Assembly: GCA_964019425.1 (NCBI GenBank)
Contig: OZ025799.1
Span: 1-64,000, forward strand
Direction of reading: 5' to 3'
DNA length: 64,000 bases
Source of the DNA: Flectonema sp. DT1601
Taxonomy: Eukaryota
Positions 1 through 13,100 of this stretch are shown in pieces. A program made the position numbers and the translations under genes. Every line of letters starts with the position of its first letter. Within the stretch, counting starts at the first letter, position 1. The notes under the pieces are model-generated. The model did not search any database and had not been told where the DNA came from. It saw nothing but the letters and a program-made list of their open reading frames with translations.

Positions 1-3000
1 TTTGCGGGTTTGCGGGTTTGCGGGTTTGCGGGTTTGCGGGTTTGCGGGTTTGCGGGTTTGCGGGTTTGCGGGTTTGCGGGTTTGCGGGTTTGCGGGTTTG
101 CGGGTTTGCGGGTTTGCGGGTTTGCGGGTTTGCGGGTTTGCGGGTTTGCGGGTTTGCGGGTTTGCGGGTTTGCGGGTTTGCGGGTTTGCGGGTTTGCGGG
201 TTTGCGGGTTTGCGGGTTTGCGGGTTTGCGGGTTTGCGGGTTTGCGGGTTTGCGGGTTTGCGGGTTTGCGGGTTTGCGGGTTTGCGGGTTTGCGGGTTTG
301 CGGGTTTGCGGGTTTGCGGGTTTGCGGGTTTGCGGGTTTGCGGGTTTGCGGGTTTGCGGGTTTGCGGGTTTGCGGGTTTGCGGGTTTGCGGGTTTGCGGG
401 TTTGCGGGTTTGCGGGTTTGCGGTTTGCGGGTTTGCGGGTTTGCGGGTTTGCGGGTTTGCGGGTTTGCGGGTTTGCGGGTTTGCGGGTTTGCGGGTTTGC
501 GGGTTTGCGGGTTTGCGGGTTTGCGGGTTTGCGGGTTTGCGGGTTTGCGGGTTTGCGGGTTTGCGGGTTTGCGGGTTTGCGGGTTTGCGGGTTTGCGGGT
601 TTGCGGGTTTGCGGGTTTGCGGGTTTGCGGGTTTGCGGGTTTGCGGGTTTGCGGGTTTGCGGGTTTGCGGGTTTGCGGGTTTGCGGGTTTGCGGGTTTGC
701 GGGTTTGCGGGTTTGCGGGTTTGCGGGTTTGCGGGTTTGCGGGTTTGCGGGTTTGCGGGTTTGCGGGTTTGCGGGTTTGCGGGTTTGCGGGTTTGCGGGT
801 TTGCGGGTTTGCGGGTTTGCGGGTTTGCGGGTTTGCGGGTTTGCGGGTTTGCGGGTTTGCGGGTTTGCGGGTTTGCGGGTTTGCGGGTTTGCGGGTTTGC
901 GGGTTTGCGGGTTTGCGGGTTTGCGGGTTTGCGGGTTTGCGGGTTTGCGGGTTTGCGGGTTTGCGGGTTTGCGGGTTTGCGGGTTTGCGGGTTTGCGGGT
1001 TTGCGGGTTTGCGGGTTTGCGGGTTTGCGGGTTTGCGGGTTTGCGGGTTTGCGGGTTTGCGGGTTTGCGGGTTTGCGGGTTTGCGGGTTTGCGGGTTTGC
1101 GGGTTTGCGGGTTTGCGGGTTTGCGGGTTTGCGGGTTTGCGGGTTTGCGGGTTTGCGGGTTTGCGGGTTTGCGGGTTTGCGGGTTTGCGGGTTTGCGGGT
1201 TTGCGGGTTTGCGGGTTTGCGGGTTTGCGGGTTTGCGGGTTTGCGGGTTTGCGGGTTTGCGGGTTTGCGGGTTTGCGGGTTTGCGGGTTTGCGGGTTTGC
1301 GGGTTTGCGGGTTTGCGGGTTTGCGGGTTTGCGGGTTTGCGGGTTTGCGGGTTTGCGGGTTTGCGGGTTTGCGGGTTTGCGGGTTTGCGGGTTTGCGGGT
1401 TTGCGGGTTTGCGGGTTTGCGGGTTTGCGGGTTTGCGGGTTTGCGGGTTTGCGGGTTTGCGGGTTTGCGGGTTTGCGGGTTTGCGGGTTTGCGGGTTTGC
1501 GGGTTTGCGGGTTTGCGGGTTTGCGGGTTTGCGGGTTTGCGGGTTTGCGGGTTTGCGGGTTTGCGGGTTTGCGGGTTTGCGGGTTTGCGGGTTTGCGGGT
1601 TTGCGGGTTTGCGGGTTTGCGGGTTTGCGGGTTTGCGGGTTTGCGGGTTTGCGGGTTTGCGGGTTTGCGGGTTTGCGGGTTTGCGGGTTTGCGGGTTTGC
1701 GGGTTTGCGGGTTTGCGGGTTTGCGGGTTTGCGGGTTTGCGGGTTTGCGGGTTTGCGGGTTTGCGGGTTTGCGGGTTTGCGGGTTTGCGGGTTTGCGGGT
1801 TTGCGGGTTTGCGGGTTTGCGGGTTTGCGGGTTTGCGGGTTTGCGGGTTTGCGGGTTTGCGGGTTTGCGGGTTTGCGGGTTTGCGGGTTTGCGGGTTTGC
1901 GGGTTTGCGGGTTTGCGGGTTTGCGGGTTTGCGGGTTTGCGGGTTTGCGGGTTTGCGGGTTTGCGGGTTTGCGGGTTTGCGGGTTTGCGGGTTTGCGGGT
2001 TTGCGGGTTTGCGGGTTTGCGGGTTTGCGGGTTTGCGGGTTTGCGGGTTTGCGGGTTTGCGGGTTTGCGGGTTTGCGGGTTTGCGGGTTTGCGGGTTTGC
2101 GGGTTTGCGGGTTTGCGGGTTTGCGGGTTTGCGGGTTTGCGGGTTTGCGGGTTTGCGGGTTTGCGGGTTTGCGGGTTTGCGGGTTTGCGGGTTTGCGGGT
2201 TTGCGGGTTTGCGGGTTTGCGGGTTTGCGGGTTTGCGGGTTTGCGGGTTTGCGGGTTTGCGGGTTTGCGGGTTTGCGGGTTTGCGGGTTTGCGGGTTTGC
2301 GGGTTTGCGGGTTTGCGGGTTTGCGGGTTTGCGGGTTTGCGGGTTTGCGGGTTTGCGGGTTTGCGGGTTTGCGGGTTTGCGGGTTTGCGGGTTTGCGGGT
2401 TTGCGGGTTTGCGGGTTTGCGGGTTTGCGGGTTTGCGGGTTTGCGGGTTTGCGGGTTTGCGGGTTTGCGGGTTTGCGGGTTTGCGGGTTTGCGGGTTTGC
2501 GGGTTTGCGGGTTTGCGGGTTTGCGGGTTTGCGGGTTTGCGGGTTTGCGGGTTTGCGGGTTTGCGGGTTTGCGGGTTTGCGGGTTTGCGGGTTTGCGGGT
2601 TTGCGGGTTTGCGGGTTTGCGGGTTTGCGGGTTTGCGGGTTTGCGGGTTTGCGGGTTTGCGGGTTTGCGGGTTTGCGGGTTTGCGGGTTTGCGGGTTTGC
2701 GGGTTTGCGGGTTTGCGGGTTTGCGGGTTTGCGGGTTTGCGGGTTTGCGGGTTTGCGGGTTTGCGGGTTTGCGGGTTTGCGGGTTTGCGGGTTTGCGGGT
2801 TTGCGGGTTTGCGGGTTTGCGGGTTTGCGGGTTTGCGGGTTTGCGGGTTTGCGGGTTTGCGGGTTTGCGGGTTTGCGGGTTTGCGGGTTTGCGGGTTTGC
2901 GGGTTTGCGGGTTTGCGGGTTTGCGGGTTTGCGGGTTTGCGGGTTTGCGGGTTTGCGGGTTTGCGGGTTTGCGGGTTTGCGGGTTTGCGGGTTTGCGGGT

Positions 3001-6000
3001 TTGCGGGTTTGCGGGTTTGCGGGTTTGCGGGTTTGCGGGTTTGCGGGTTTGCGGGTTTGCGGGTTTGCGGGTTTGCGGGTTTGCGGGTTTGCGGGTTTGC
3101 GGGTTTGCGGGTTTGCGGGTTTGCGGGTTTGCGGGTTTGCGGGTTTGCGGGTTTGCGGGTTTGCGGGTTTGCGGGTTTGCGGGTTTGCGGGTTTGCGGGT
3201 TTGCGGGTTTGCGGGTTTGCGGGTTTGCGGGTTTGCGGGTTTGCGGGTTTGCGGGTTTGCGGGTTTGCGGGTTTGCGGGTTTGCGGGTTTGCGGGTTTGC
3301 GGGTTTGCGGGTTTGCGGGTTTGCGGGTTTGCGGGTTTGCGGGTTTGCGGGTTTGGTTTGCGGGTTTGCGGGTTTGCGGGTTTGCGGGTTTGCGGGTTTG
3401 CGGGTTTGCGGGTTTGCGGGTTTGCGGGTTTGCGGGTTTGCGGGTTTGCGGGTTTGCGGGTTTGCGGGTTTGCGGGTTTGCGGGTTTGCGGGTTTGCGGG
3501 TTTGCGGGTTTGCGGGTTTGCGGGTTTGCGGGTTTGCGGGTTTGCGGGTTTGCGGGTTTGCGGGTTTGCGGGTTTGCGGGTTTGCGGGTTTGCGGGTTTG
3601 CGGGTTTGCGGGTTTGCGGGTTTGCGGGTTTGCGGGTTTGCGGGTTTGCGGGTTTGCGGGTTTGCGGGTTTGCGGGTTTGCGGGTTTGCGGGTTTGCGGG
3701 TTTGCGGGTTTGCGGGTTTGCGGGTTTGCGGGTTTGCGGGTTTGCGGGTTTGCGGGTTTGCGGGTTTGCGGGTTTGCGGGTTTGCGGGTTTGCGGGTTTG
3801 CGGGTTTGCGGGTTTGCGGGTTTGCGGGTTTGCGGGTTTGCGGGTTTGCGGGTTTGCGGGTTTGCGGGTTTGCGGGTTTGCGGGTTTGCGGGTTTGCGGG
3901 TTTGCGGGTTTGCGGGTTTGCGGGTTTGCGGGTTTGCGGGTTTGCGGGTTTGCGGGTTTGCGGGTTTGCGGGTTTGCGGGTTTGCGGGTTTGCGGGTTTG
4001 CGGGTTTGCGGGTTTGCGGGTTTGCGGGTTTGCGGGTTTGCGGGTTTGCGGGTTTGCGGGTTTGCGGGTTTGCGGGTTTGCGGGTTTGCGGGTTTGCGGG
4101 TTTGCGGGTTTGCGGGTTTGCGGGTTTGCGGGTTTGCGGGTTTGCGGGTTTGCGGGTTTGCGGGTTTGCGGGTTTGCGGGTTTGCGGGTTTGCGGGTTTG
4201 CGGGTTTGCGGGTTTGCGGGTTTGCGGGTTTGCGGGTTTGCGGGTTTGCGGGTTTGCGGGTTTGCGGGTTTGCGGGTTTGCGGGTTTGCGGGTTTGCGGG
4301 TTTGCGGGTTTGCGGGTTTGCGGGTTTGCGGGTTTGCGGGTTTGCGGGTTTGCGGGTTTGCGGGTTTGCGGGTTTGCGGGTTTGCGGGTTTGCGGGTTTG
4401 CGGGTTTGCGGGTTTGCGGGTTTGCGGGTTTGCGGGTTTGCGGGTTTGCGGGTTTGCGGGTTTGCGGGTTTGCGGGTTTGCGGGTTTGCGGGTTTGCGGG
4501 TTTGCGGGTTTGCGGGTTTGCTTGCGGGTTTGCGGGTTTGCGGGTTTGCGGGTTTGCGGGTTTGCGGGTTTGCGGGTTTGCGGGTTTGCGGGTTTGCGGG
4601 TTTGCGGGTTTGCGGGTTTGCGGGTTTGCGGGTTTGCGGGTTTGCGGGTTTGCGGGTTTGCGGGTTTGCGGGTTTGCGGGTTTGCGGGTTTGCGGGTTTG
4701 CGGGTTTGCGGGTTTGCGGGTTTGCGGGTTTGCGGGTTTGCGGGTTTGCGGGTTTGCGGGTTTGCGGGTTTGCGGGTTTGCGGGTTTGCGGGTTTGCGGG
4801 TTTGCGGGTTTGCGGGTTTGCGGGTTTGCGGGTTTGCGGGTTTGCGGGTTTGCGGGTTTGCGGGTTTGCGGGTTTGCGGGTTTGCGGGTTTGCGGGTTTG
4901 CGGGTTTGCGGGTTTGCGGGTTTGCGGGTTTGCGGGTTTGCGGGTTTGCGGGTTTGCGGGTTTGCGGGTTTGCGGGTTTGCGGGTTTGCGGGTTTGCGGG
5001 TTTGCGGGTTTGCGGGTTTGCGGGTTTGCGGGTTTGCGGGTTTGCGGGTTTGCGGGTTTGCGGGTTTGCGGGTTTGCGGGTTTGCGGGTTTGCGGGTTTG
5101 CGGGTTTGCGGGTTTGCGGGTTTGCGGGTTTGCGGGTTTGCGGGTTTGCGGGTTTGCGGGTTTGCGGGTTTGCGGGTTTGCGGGTTTGCGGGTTTGCGGG
5201 TTTGCGGGTTTGCGGGTTTGCGGGTTTGCGGGTTTGCGGGTTTGCGGGTTTGCGGGTTTGCGGGTTTGCGGGTTTGCGGGTTTGCGGGTTTGCGGGTTTG
5301 CGGGTTTGCGGGTTTGCGGGTTTGCGGGTTTGCGGGTTTGCGGGTTTGCGGGTTTGCGGGTTTGCGGGTTTGCGGGTTTGCGGGTTTGCGGGTTTGCGGG
5401 TTTGCGGGTTTGCGGGTTTGCGGGTTTGCGGGTTTGCGGGTTTGCGGGTTTGCGGGTTTGCGGGTTTGCGGGTTTGCGGGTTTGCGGGTTTGCGGGTTTG
5501 CGGGTTTGCGGGTTTGCGGGTTTGCGGGTTTGCGGGTTTGCGGGTTTGCGGGTTTGCGGGTTTGCGGGTTTGCGGGTTTGCGGGTTTGCGGGTTTGCGGG
5601 TTTGCGGGTTTGCGGGTTTGCGGGTTTGCGGGTTTGCGGGTTTGCGGGTTTGCGGGTTTGCGGGTTTGCGGGTTTGCGGGTTTGCGGGTTTGCGGGTTTG
5701 CGGGTTTGCGGGTTTGCGGGTTTGCGGGTTTGCGGGTTTGCGGGTTTGCGGGTTTGCGGGTTTGCGGGTTTGCGGGTTTGCGGGTTTGCGGGTTTGCGGG
5801 TTTGCGGGTTTGCGGGTTTGCGGGTTTGCGGGTTTGCGGGTTTGCGGGTTTGCGGGTTTGCGGGTTTGCGGGTTTGCGGGTTTGCGGGTTTGCGGGTTTC
5901 GGGTTTGCGGGTTTGCGGGTTTGCGGGTTTGCGGGTTTGCGGGTTTGCGGGTTTGCGGGTTTGCGGGTTTGCGGGTTTGCGGGTTTGCGGGTTTGCGGGT

Positions 6001-9000
6001 TTGCGGGTTTGCGGGTTTGCGGGTTTGCGGGTTTGCGGGTTTGCGGGTTTGCGGGTTTGCGGGTTTGCGGGTTTGCGGGTTTGCGGGTTTGCGGGTTTGC
6101 GGGTTTGCGGGTTTGCGGGTTTGCGGGTTTGCGGGTTTGCGGGTTTGCGGGTTTGCGGGTTTGCGGGTTTGCGGGTTTGCGGGTTTGCGGGTTTGCGGGT
6201 TTGCGGGTTTGCGGGTTTGCGGGTTTGCGGGTTTGCGGGTTTGCGGGTTTGCGGGTTTGCGGGTTTGCGGGTTTGCGGGTTTGCGGGTTTGCGGGTTTGC
6301 GGGTTTGCGGGTTTGCGGGTTTGCGGGTTTGCGGGTTTGCGGGTTTGCGGGTTTGCGGGTTTGCGGGTTTGCGGGTTTGCGGGTTTGCGGGTTTGCGGGT
6401 TTGCGGGTTTGCGGGTTTGCGGGTTTGCGGGTTTGCGGGTTTGCGGGTTTGCGGGTTTGCGGGTTTGCGGGTTTGCGGGTTTGCGGGTTTGCGGGTTTGC
6501 GGGTTTGCGGGTTTGCGGGTTTGCGGGTTTGCGGGTTTGCGGGTTTGCGGGTTTGCGGGTTTGCGGGTTTGCGGGTTTGCGGGTTTGCGGGTTTGCGGGT
6601 TTGCGGGTTTGCGGGTTTGCGGGTTTGCGGGTTTGCGGGTTTGCGGGTTTGCGGGTTTGCGGGTTTGCGGGTTTGCGGGTTTGCGGGTTTGCGGGTTTGC
6701 GGGTTTGCGGGTTTGCGGGTTTGCGGGTTTGCGGGTTTGCGGGTTTGCGGGTTTGCGGGTTTGCGGGTTTGCGGGTTTGCGGGTTTGCGGGTTTGCGGGT
6801 TTGCGGGTTTGCGGGTTTGCGGGTTTGCGGGTTTGCGGGTTTGCGGGTTTGCGGGTTTGCGGGTTTGCGGGTTTGCGGGTTTGCGGGTTTGCGGGTTTGC
6901 GGGTTTGCGGGTTTGCGGGTTTGCGGGTTTGCGGGTTTGCGGGTTTGCGGGTTTGCGGGTTTGCGGGTTTGCGGGTTTGCGGGTTTGCGGGTTTGCGGGT
7001 TTGCGGGTTTGCGGGTTTGCGGGTTTGCGGGTTTGCGGGTTTGCGGGTTTGCGGGTTTGCGGGTTTGCGGGTTTGCGGGTTTGCGGGTTTGCGGGTTTGC
7101 GGGTTTGCGGGTTTGCGGGTTTGCGGGTTTGCGGGTTTGCGGGTTTGCGGGTTTGCGGGTTTGCGGGTTTGCGGGTTTGCGGGTTTGCGGGTTTGCGGGT
7201 TTGCGGGTTTGCGGGTTTGCGGGTTTGCGGGTTTGCGGGTTTGCGGGTTTGCGGGTTTGCGGGTTTGCGGGTTTGCGGGTTTGCGGGTTTGCGGGTTTGC
7301 GGGTTTGCGGGTTTGCGGGTTTGCGGGTTTGCGGGTTTGCGGGTTTGCGGGTTTGCGGGTTTGCGGGTTTGCGGGTTTGCGGGTTTGCGGGTTTGCGGGT
7401 TTGCGGGTTTGCGGGTTTGCGGGTTTGCGGGTTTGCGGGTTTGCGGGTTTGCGGGTTTGCGGGTTTGCGGGTTTGCGGGTTTGCGGGTTTGCGGGTTTGC
7501 GGGTTTGCGGGTTTGCGGGTTTGCGGGTTTGCGGGTTTGCGGGTTTGCGGGTTTGCGGGTTTGCGGGTTTGCGGGTTTGCGGGTTTGCGGGTTTGCGGGT
7601 TTGCGGGTTTGCGGGTTTGCGGGTTTGCGGGTTTGCGGGTTTGCGGGTTTGCGGGTTTGCGGGTTTGCGGGTTTGCGGGTTTGCGGGTTTGCGGGTTTGC
7701 GGGTTTGCGGGTTTGCGGGTTTGCGGGTTTGCGGGTTTGCGGGTTTGCGGGTTTGCGGGTTTGCGGGTTTGCGGGTTTGCGGGTTTGCGGGTTTGCGGGT
7801 TTGCGGGTTTGCGGGTTTGCGGGTTTGCGGGTTTGCGGGTTTGCGGGTTTGCGGGTTTGCGGGTTTGCGGGTTTGCGGGTTTGCGGGTTTGCGGGTTTGC
7901 GGGTTTGCGGGTTTGCGGGTTTGCGGGTTTGCGGGTTTGCGGGTTTGCGGGTTTGCGGGTTTGCGGGTTTGCGGGTTTGCGGGTTTGCGGGTTTGCGGGT
8001 TTGCGGGTTTGCGGGTTTGCGGGTTTGCGGGTTTGCGGGTTTGCGGGTTTGCGGGTTTGCGGGTTTGCGGGTTTGCGGGTTTGCGGGTTTGCGGGTTTGC
8101 GGGTTTGCGGGTTTGCGGGTTTGCGGGTTTGCGGGTTTGCGGGTTTGCGGGTTTGCGGGTTTGCGGGTTTGCGGGTTTGCGGGTTTGCGGGTTTGCGGGT
8201 TTGCGGGTTTGCGGGTTTGCGGGTTTGCGGGTTTGCGGGTTTGCGGGTTTGCGGGTTTGCGGGTTTGCGGGTTTGCGGGTTTGCGGGTTTGCGGGTTTGC
8301 GGGTTTGCGGGTTTGCGGGTTTGCGGGTTTGCGGGTTTGCGGGTTTGCGGGTTTGCGGGTTTGCGGGTTTGCGGGTTTGCGGGTTTGCGGGTTTGCGGGT
8401 TTGCGGGTTTGCGGGTTTGCGGGTTTGCGGGTTTGCGGGTTTGCGGGTTTGCGGGTTTGCGGGTTTGCGGGTTTGCGGGTTTGCGGGTTTGCGGGTTTGC
8501 GGGTTTGCGGGTTTGCGGGTTTGCGGGTTTGCGGGTTTGCGGGTTTGCGGGTTTGCGGGTTTGCGGGTTTGCGGGTTTGCGGGTTTGCGGGTTTGCGGGT
8601 TTGCGGGTTTGCGGGTTTGCGGGTTTGCGGGTTTGCGGGTTTGCGGGTTTGCGGGTTTGCGGGTTTGCGGGTTTGCGGGTTTGCGGGTTTGCGGGTTTGC
8701 GGGTTTGCGGGTTTGCGGGTTTGCGGGTTTGCGGGTTTGCGGGTTTGCGGGTTTGCGGGTTTGCGGGTTTGCGGGTTTGCGGGTTTGCGGGTTTGCGGGT
8801 TTGCGGGTTTGCGGGTTTGCGGGTTTGCGGGTTTGCGGGTTTGCGGGTTTGCGGGTTTGCGGGTTTGCGGGTTTGCGGGTTTGCGGGTTTGCGGGTTTGC
8901 GGGTTTGCGGGTTTGCGGGTTTGCGGGTTTGCGGGTTTGCGGGTTTGCGGGTTTGCGGGTTTGCGGGTTTGCGGGTTTGCGGGTTTGCGGGTTTGCGGGT

Positions 9001-10126
9001 TTGCGGGTTTGCGGGTTTGCGGGTTTGCGGGTTTGCGGGTTTGCGGGTTTGCGGGTTTGCGGGTTTGCGGGTTTGCGGGTTTGCGGGTTTGCGGGTTTGC
9101 GGGTTTGCGGGTTTGCGGGTTTGCGGGTTTGCGGGTTTGCGGGTTTGCGGGTTTGCGGGTTTGCGGGTTTGCGGGTTTGCGGGTTTGCGGGTTTGCGGGT
9201 TTGCGGGTTTGCGGGTTTGCGGGTTTGCGGGTTTGCGGGTTTGCGGGTTTGCGGGTTTGCGGGTTTGCGGGTTTGCGGGTTTGCGGGTTTGCGGGTTTGC
9301 GGGTTTGCGGGTTTGCGGGTTTGCGGGTTTGCGGGTTTGCGGGTTTGCGGGTTTGCGGGTTTGCGGGTTTGCGGGTTTGCGGGTTTGCGGGTTTGCGGGT
9401 TTGCGGGTTTGCGGGTTTGCGGGTTTGCGGGTTTGCGGGTTTGCGGGTTTGCGGGTTTGCGGGTTTGCGGGTTTGCGGGTTTGCGGGTTTGCGGGTTTGC
9501 GGGTTTGCGGGTTTGCGGGTTTGCGGGTTTGCGGGTTTGCGGGTTTGCGGGTTTGCGGGTTTGCGGGTTTGCGGGTTTGCGGGTTTGCGGGTTTGCGGGT
9601 TTGCGGGTTTGCGGGTTTGCGGGTTTGCGGGTTTGCGGGTTTGCGGGTTTGCGGGTTTGCGGGTTTGCGGGTTTGCGGGTTTGCGGGTTTGCGGGTTTGC
9701 GGGTTTGCGGGTTTGCGGGTTTGCGGGTTTGCGGGTTTGCGGGTTTGCGGGTTTGCGGGTTTGCGGGTTTGCGGGTTTGCGGGTTTGCGGGTTTGCGGGT
9801 TTGCGGGTTTGCGGGTTTGCGGGTTTGCGGGTTTGCGGGTTTGCGGGTTTGCGGGTTTGCGGGTTTGCGGGTTTGCGGGTTTGCGGGTTTGCGGGTTTGC
9901 GGGTTTGCGGGTTTGCGGGTTTGCGGGTTTGCGGGTTTGCGGGTTTGCGGGTTTGCGGGTTTGCGGGTTTGCGGGTTTGCGGGTTTGCGGGTTTGCGGGT
10001 TTGCGGGTTTGCGGGTTTGCGGGTTTGCGGGTTTGCGGGTTTGCGGGCTTGCGGGTTTGCGGGTTTGCGGGTATGCGGGTTTGCGGGTTTGCGGGTTTGC
10101 GGGTTTGCGGGTTTGCGGGTTTGCGG
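1..10126. repeat. Tandem octamer array (TTTGCGGG)n / (CCCGCAAA)n, about 1265 copies, telomere-like satellite
   Basis: Directly visible. Only isolated variants: small deletions near 422, 3355, 4521 and 5900, and substitutions at 10048 and 10073 near the junction. Runs off the left window edge. Confidence 0.99.
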
Positions 10127-13100
10127 TGACACTACAGGCTCCGTTGGAGGTGAAACTACCGGCTCAGTTGGAGGTGAAACTACCGGTTCAGTTGGCGGTG
10201 AAACTACTGGCTCCGTTGGAGGTGAAACTACAGGCTCAGTTGGAGGTGACATTAGCGGCTCAGTTGGAGGTGAAACTACCGGCTCCGTTGGCGGTGACAC
10301 TACAGGCTCTGTTGGAGGTGAAACTACCGGCTCAGTTGGTGGTGACACTACCGGTTCAGTTGGCGGTGAAACTACAGGCTCCGTTGGAGGTGAAACTACC
10401 GGCTCCGTTGGCGGTGACACTACAGGCTCTGTTGGAGGTGAAACTACCGGCTCAGTTGGTGGTGACACTACCGGTTCAGTTGGCGGTGAAACTACCGGCT
10501 CAGTTGGCGGTGATACAACTGGCTCCGTTGGAGGTGAAACAACCGGCACAGTTGGCGGTGAAACTACCGGCTCAGTTTGCGGTGACATTACTGGCTCCGT
10601 TGGAGGTGAAACTACCGGCACAGTTGGCGGTGAAACTACAGGCTCCGTTGGAGGTGAAACTACCGGCTCAGTTGGCGGTGAAACTACAGGCTCCGTTGGA
10701 GGTGAAACTACCGGCTCAGTTGGAGGTGAAACTACCGGTTCAGTTGGCGGTGACACTACAGGCTCCGTTGGAGGTGAAACTACCGGCTCAGTTGGAGGTG
10801 ATACTACAGGCTCCGTTGGAGGTGAAACTACCGGTTCAGTTGGCGGTGACACTACAGGCTCCGTTGGAGGTGAAACTACCGGCTCAGTTGGAGGTGATAT
10901 TACAGGCTCCGTTGGAGGTGAAACTACAGGCTCCGTTGGAGGTGATACTACAGGCTCAGCTGGCGGTGACACTACAGGCTCCGTTGGCGGTGAAACTACA
11001 AGCTCCGTTGGAGGTGATACTACCGGCTCAGTTGGAGGTGAAACTACCGGATCAGTTGGAGGTGATACTACCGGCTCCGTTGGAGGTGAAACTCCAGCTC
11101 CAGGCGGTGACTCTACAGGCTCCGTTGGAGGTGATACTACCGGCTCCGTTGGAGGTGAAACTTCAGGCTCCGTTGGCGGTGAAACTACAGGCTCCGTTGG
11201 AGGTAATACTACCGGATCAGTTGGCGGTGACACTACAGGCTCCGTTGGAGGTAATACTACCGGATCAGTTGGCGGTGACACAACAGGCTCCGTTGGAGGT
11301 GATACTACCGGCTCCGTTGGAGGTGAAACTACAGGCTCCGTTGGAGGTAAAACTACAGGCTCCTTTGGAGGTGATACTACCGGATCAGTTGGAGGTGAAA
11401 CTACTGGCTCCGTTGGAGGTGATACTACCGGATCAGTTGGAGGTGACACAACAGGCTCCGTTGGAGGTGAAACTACTGGCTCCGTTGGAGGTGAAACTAC
11501 CGGTTCAGTTGGCGGTGACACTACCGGCTCAGTTGGAGGTGAAACTACCGGTTCAGTTGGCGGTGAAACTACAGGCTCCGTTGGAGGTGAAACTACCGGT
11601 TCAGTTGGCGGTGAAACTACTGGCTCCGTTGGAGGTGATACTACCGGATCAGTTGGAGGTGATACTACCGGCTCCGTTGGAGGTGAAACTACTGGCTCCG
11701 TTGGAGGTGAAACTACCGGTTCAGTTGGCGGTGACACTACCGGCTCAGTTGGAGGTGAAACTACCGGTTCAGTTGGCGGTGAAACTACAGGCTCCGTTGG
11801 AGGTGAAACTACCGGCTCAGTTGGAGGTGAAACTACCGGTTCAGTTGGCGGTGAAACTACTGGCTCCGTTGGAGGTGAAACTACCGGTTCAGTTGGCGGT
11901 GACACTACCGGCTCAGTTGGAGGTGAAACTACCGGTTCAGTTGGCGGTGACACAACAGGCCCCGTTGGAAGTGAAACTACCGGTTCAGTTGGCGGTGACA
12001 CTACCGGCTCAGTTGGAGGTGAAACTACCGGTTCAGTTGGCGGTGAAACTACAGGCTCCGTTGGAGGTGAAACTACCGGCTCAGTTGGAGGTGAAACTAC
12101 CGGTTCAGTTGGCGGTGAAACTACTGGCTCCGTTGGAGGTGAAACTACCGGTTCAGTTGGCGGTGACACTACCGGCTCAGTTGGAGGTGAAACTACCGGT
12201 TCAGTTGGCGGTGACACTACCGGCTCAGTTGGAGGTGAAACTACCGGTTCAGTTGGCGGTGAAACTACAGGCTCAGTTGGCGGTGACACTACCGGCTCAG
12301 TTGGCGGTGACACTACCGGCTCAGTTGGCGGTGAAACTACAGGCTCCGTTGGAGGTGATACTACCGGCTCCGTTGGAGGTGAAACTACTGGCTCCGTTGG
12401 AGGTGAAACTACCGGTTCAGTTGGCGGTGAAACTACAGGCTCCGTTGGAGGTGAAACTACCGGTTCAGTTGGCGGTGACACTACCGGCTCAGTTGGCGGT
12501 GACACTACCGGCTCAGTTGGCGGTGAAACTACAGGCTCCGTTGGAGGTGATACTACCGGCTCCGTTGGAGGTGAAACTACTGGCTCCGTTGGAGGTGAAA
12601 CTACCGGTTCAGTTGGCGGTGACACTACCGGCTCAGTTGGAGGTGAAACTACCGGTTCAGTTGGCGGTGAAACTACAGGCTCCGTTGGAGGTGAAACTAC
12701 CGGTTCAGTTGGCGGTGAAACTACTGGCTCCGTTGGAGGTGAAACTACCGGTTCAGTTGGCGGTGACACTACCGGCTCAGTTGGAGGTGAAACTACCGGT
12801 TCAGTTGGCGGTGAAACTACAGGCTCAGTTGGCGGTGACACTACCGGCTCAGTTGGCGGTGACACTACCGGCTCAGTTGGCGGTGAAACTACAGGCTCCG
12901 TTGGAGGTGAAACTACCGGCTCCGTTGGCGGTGACACTACAGGCTCCGTTGGAGGTGAAACTACCGGCTCAGTTGGAGGTGAAACTACCGGTTCAGTTGG
13001 CGGTGAAACTACTGGCTCCGTTGGAGGTGAAACTACAGGCTCAGTTGGAGGTGACATTACCGGCTCAGTTGGAGGTGAAACTACCGGCTCCGTTGGCGGT

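Noticed and set aside
420..5905. Four small deletions inside the octamer array as meaningful structure
   Set aside because: Isolated and aperiodic, and indistinguishable from consensus errors without reads.
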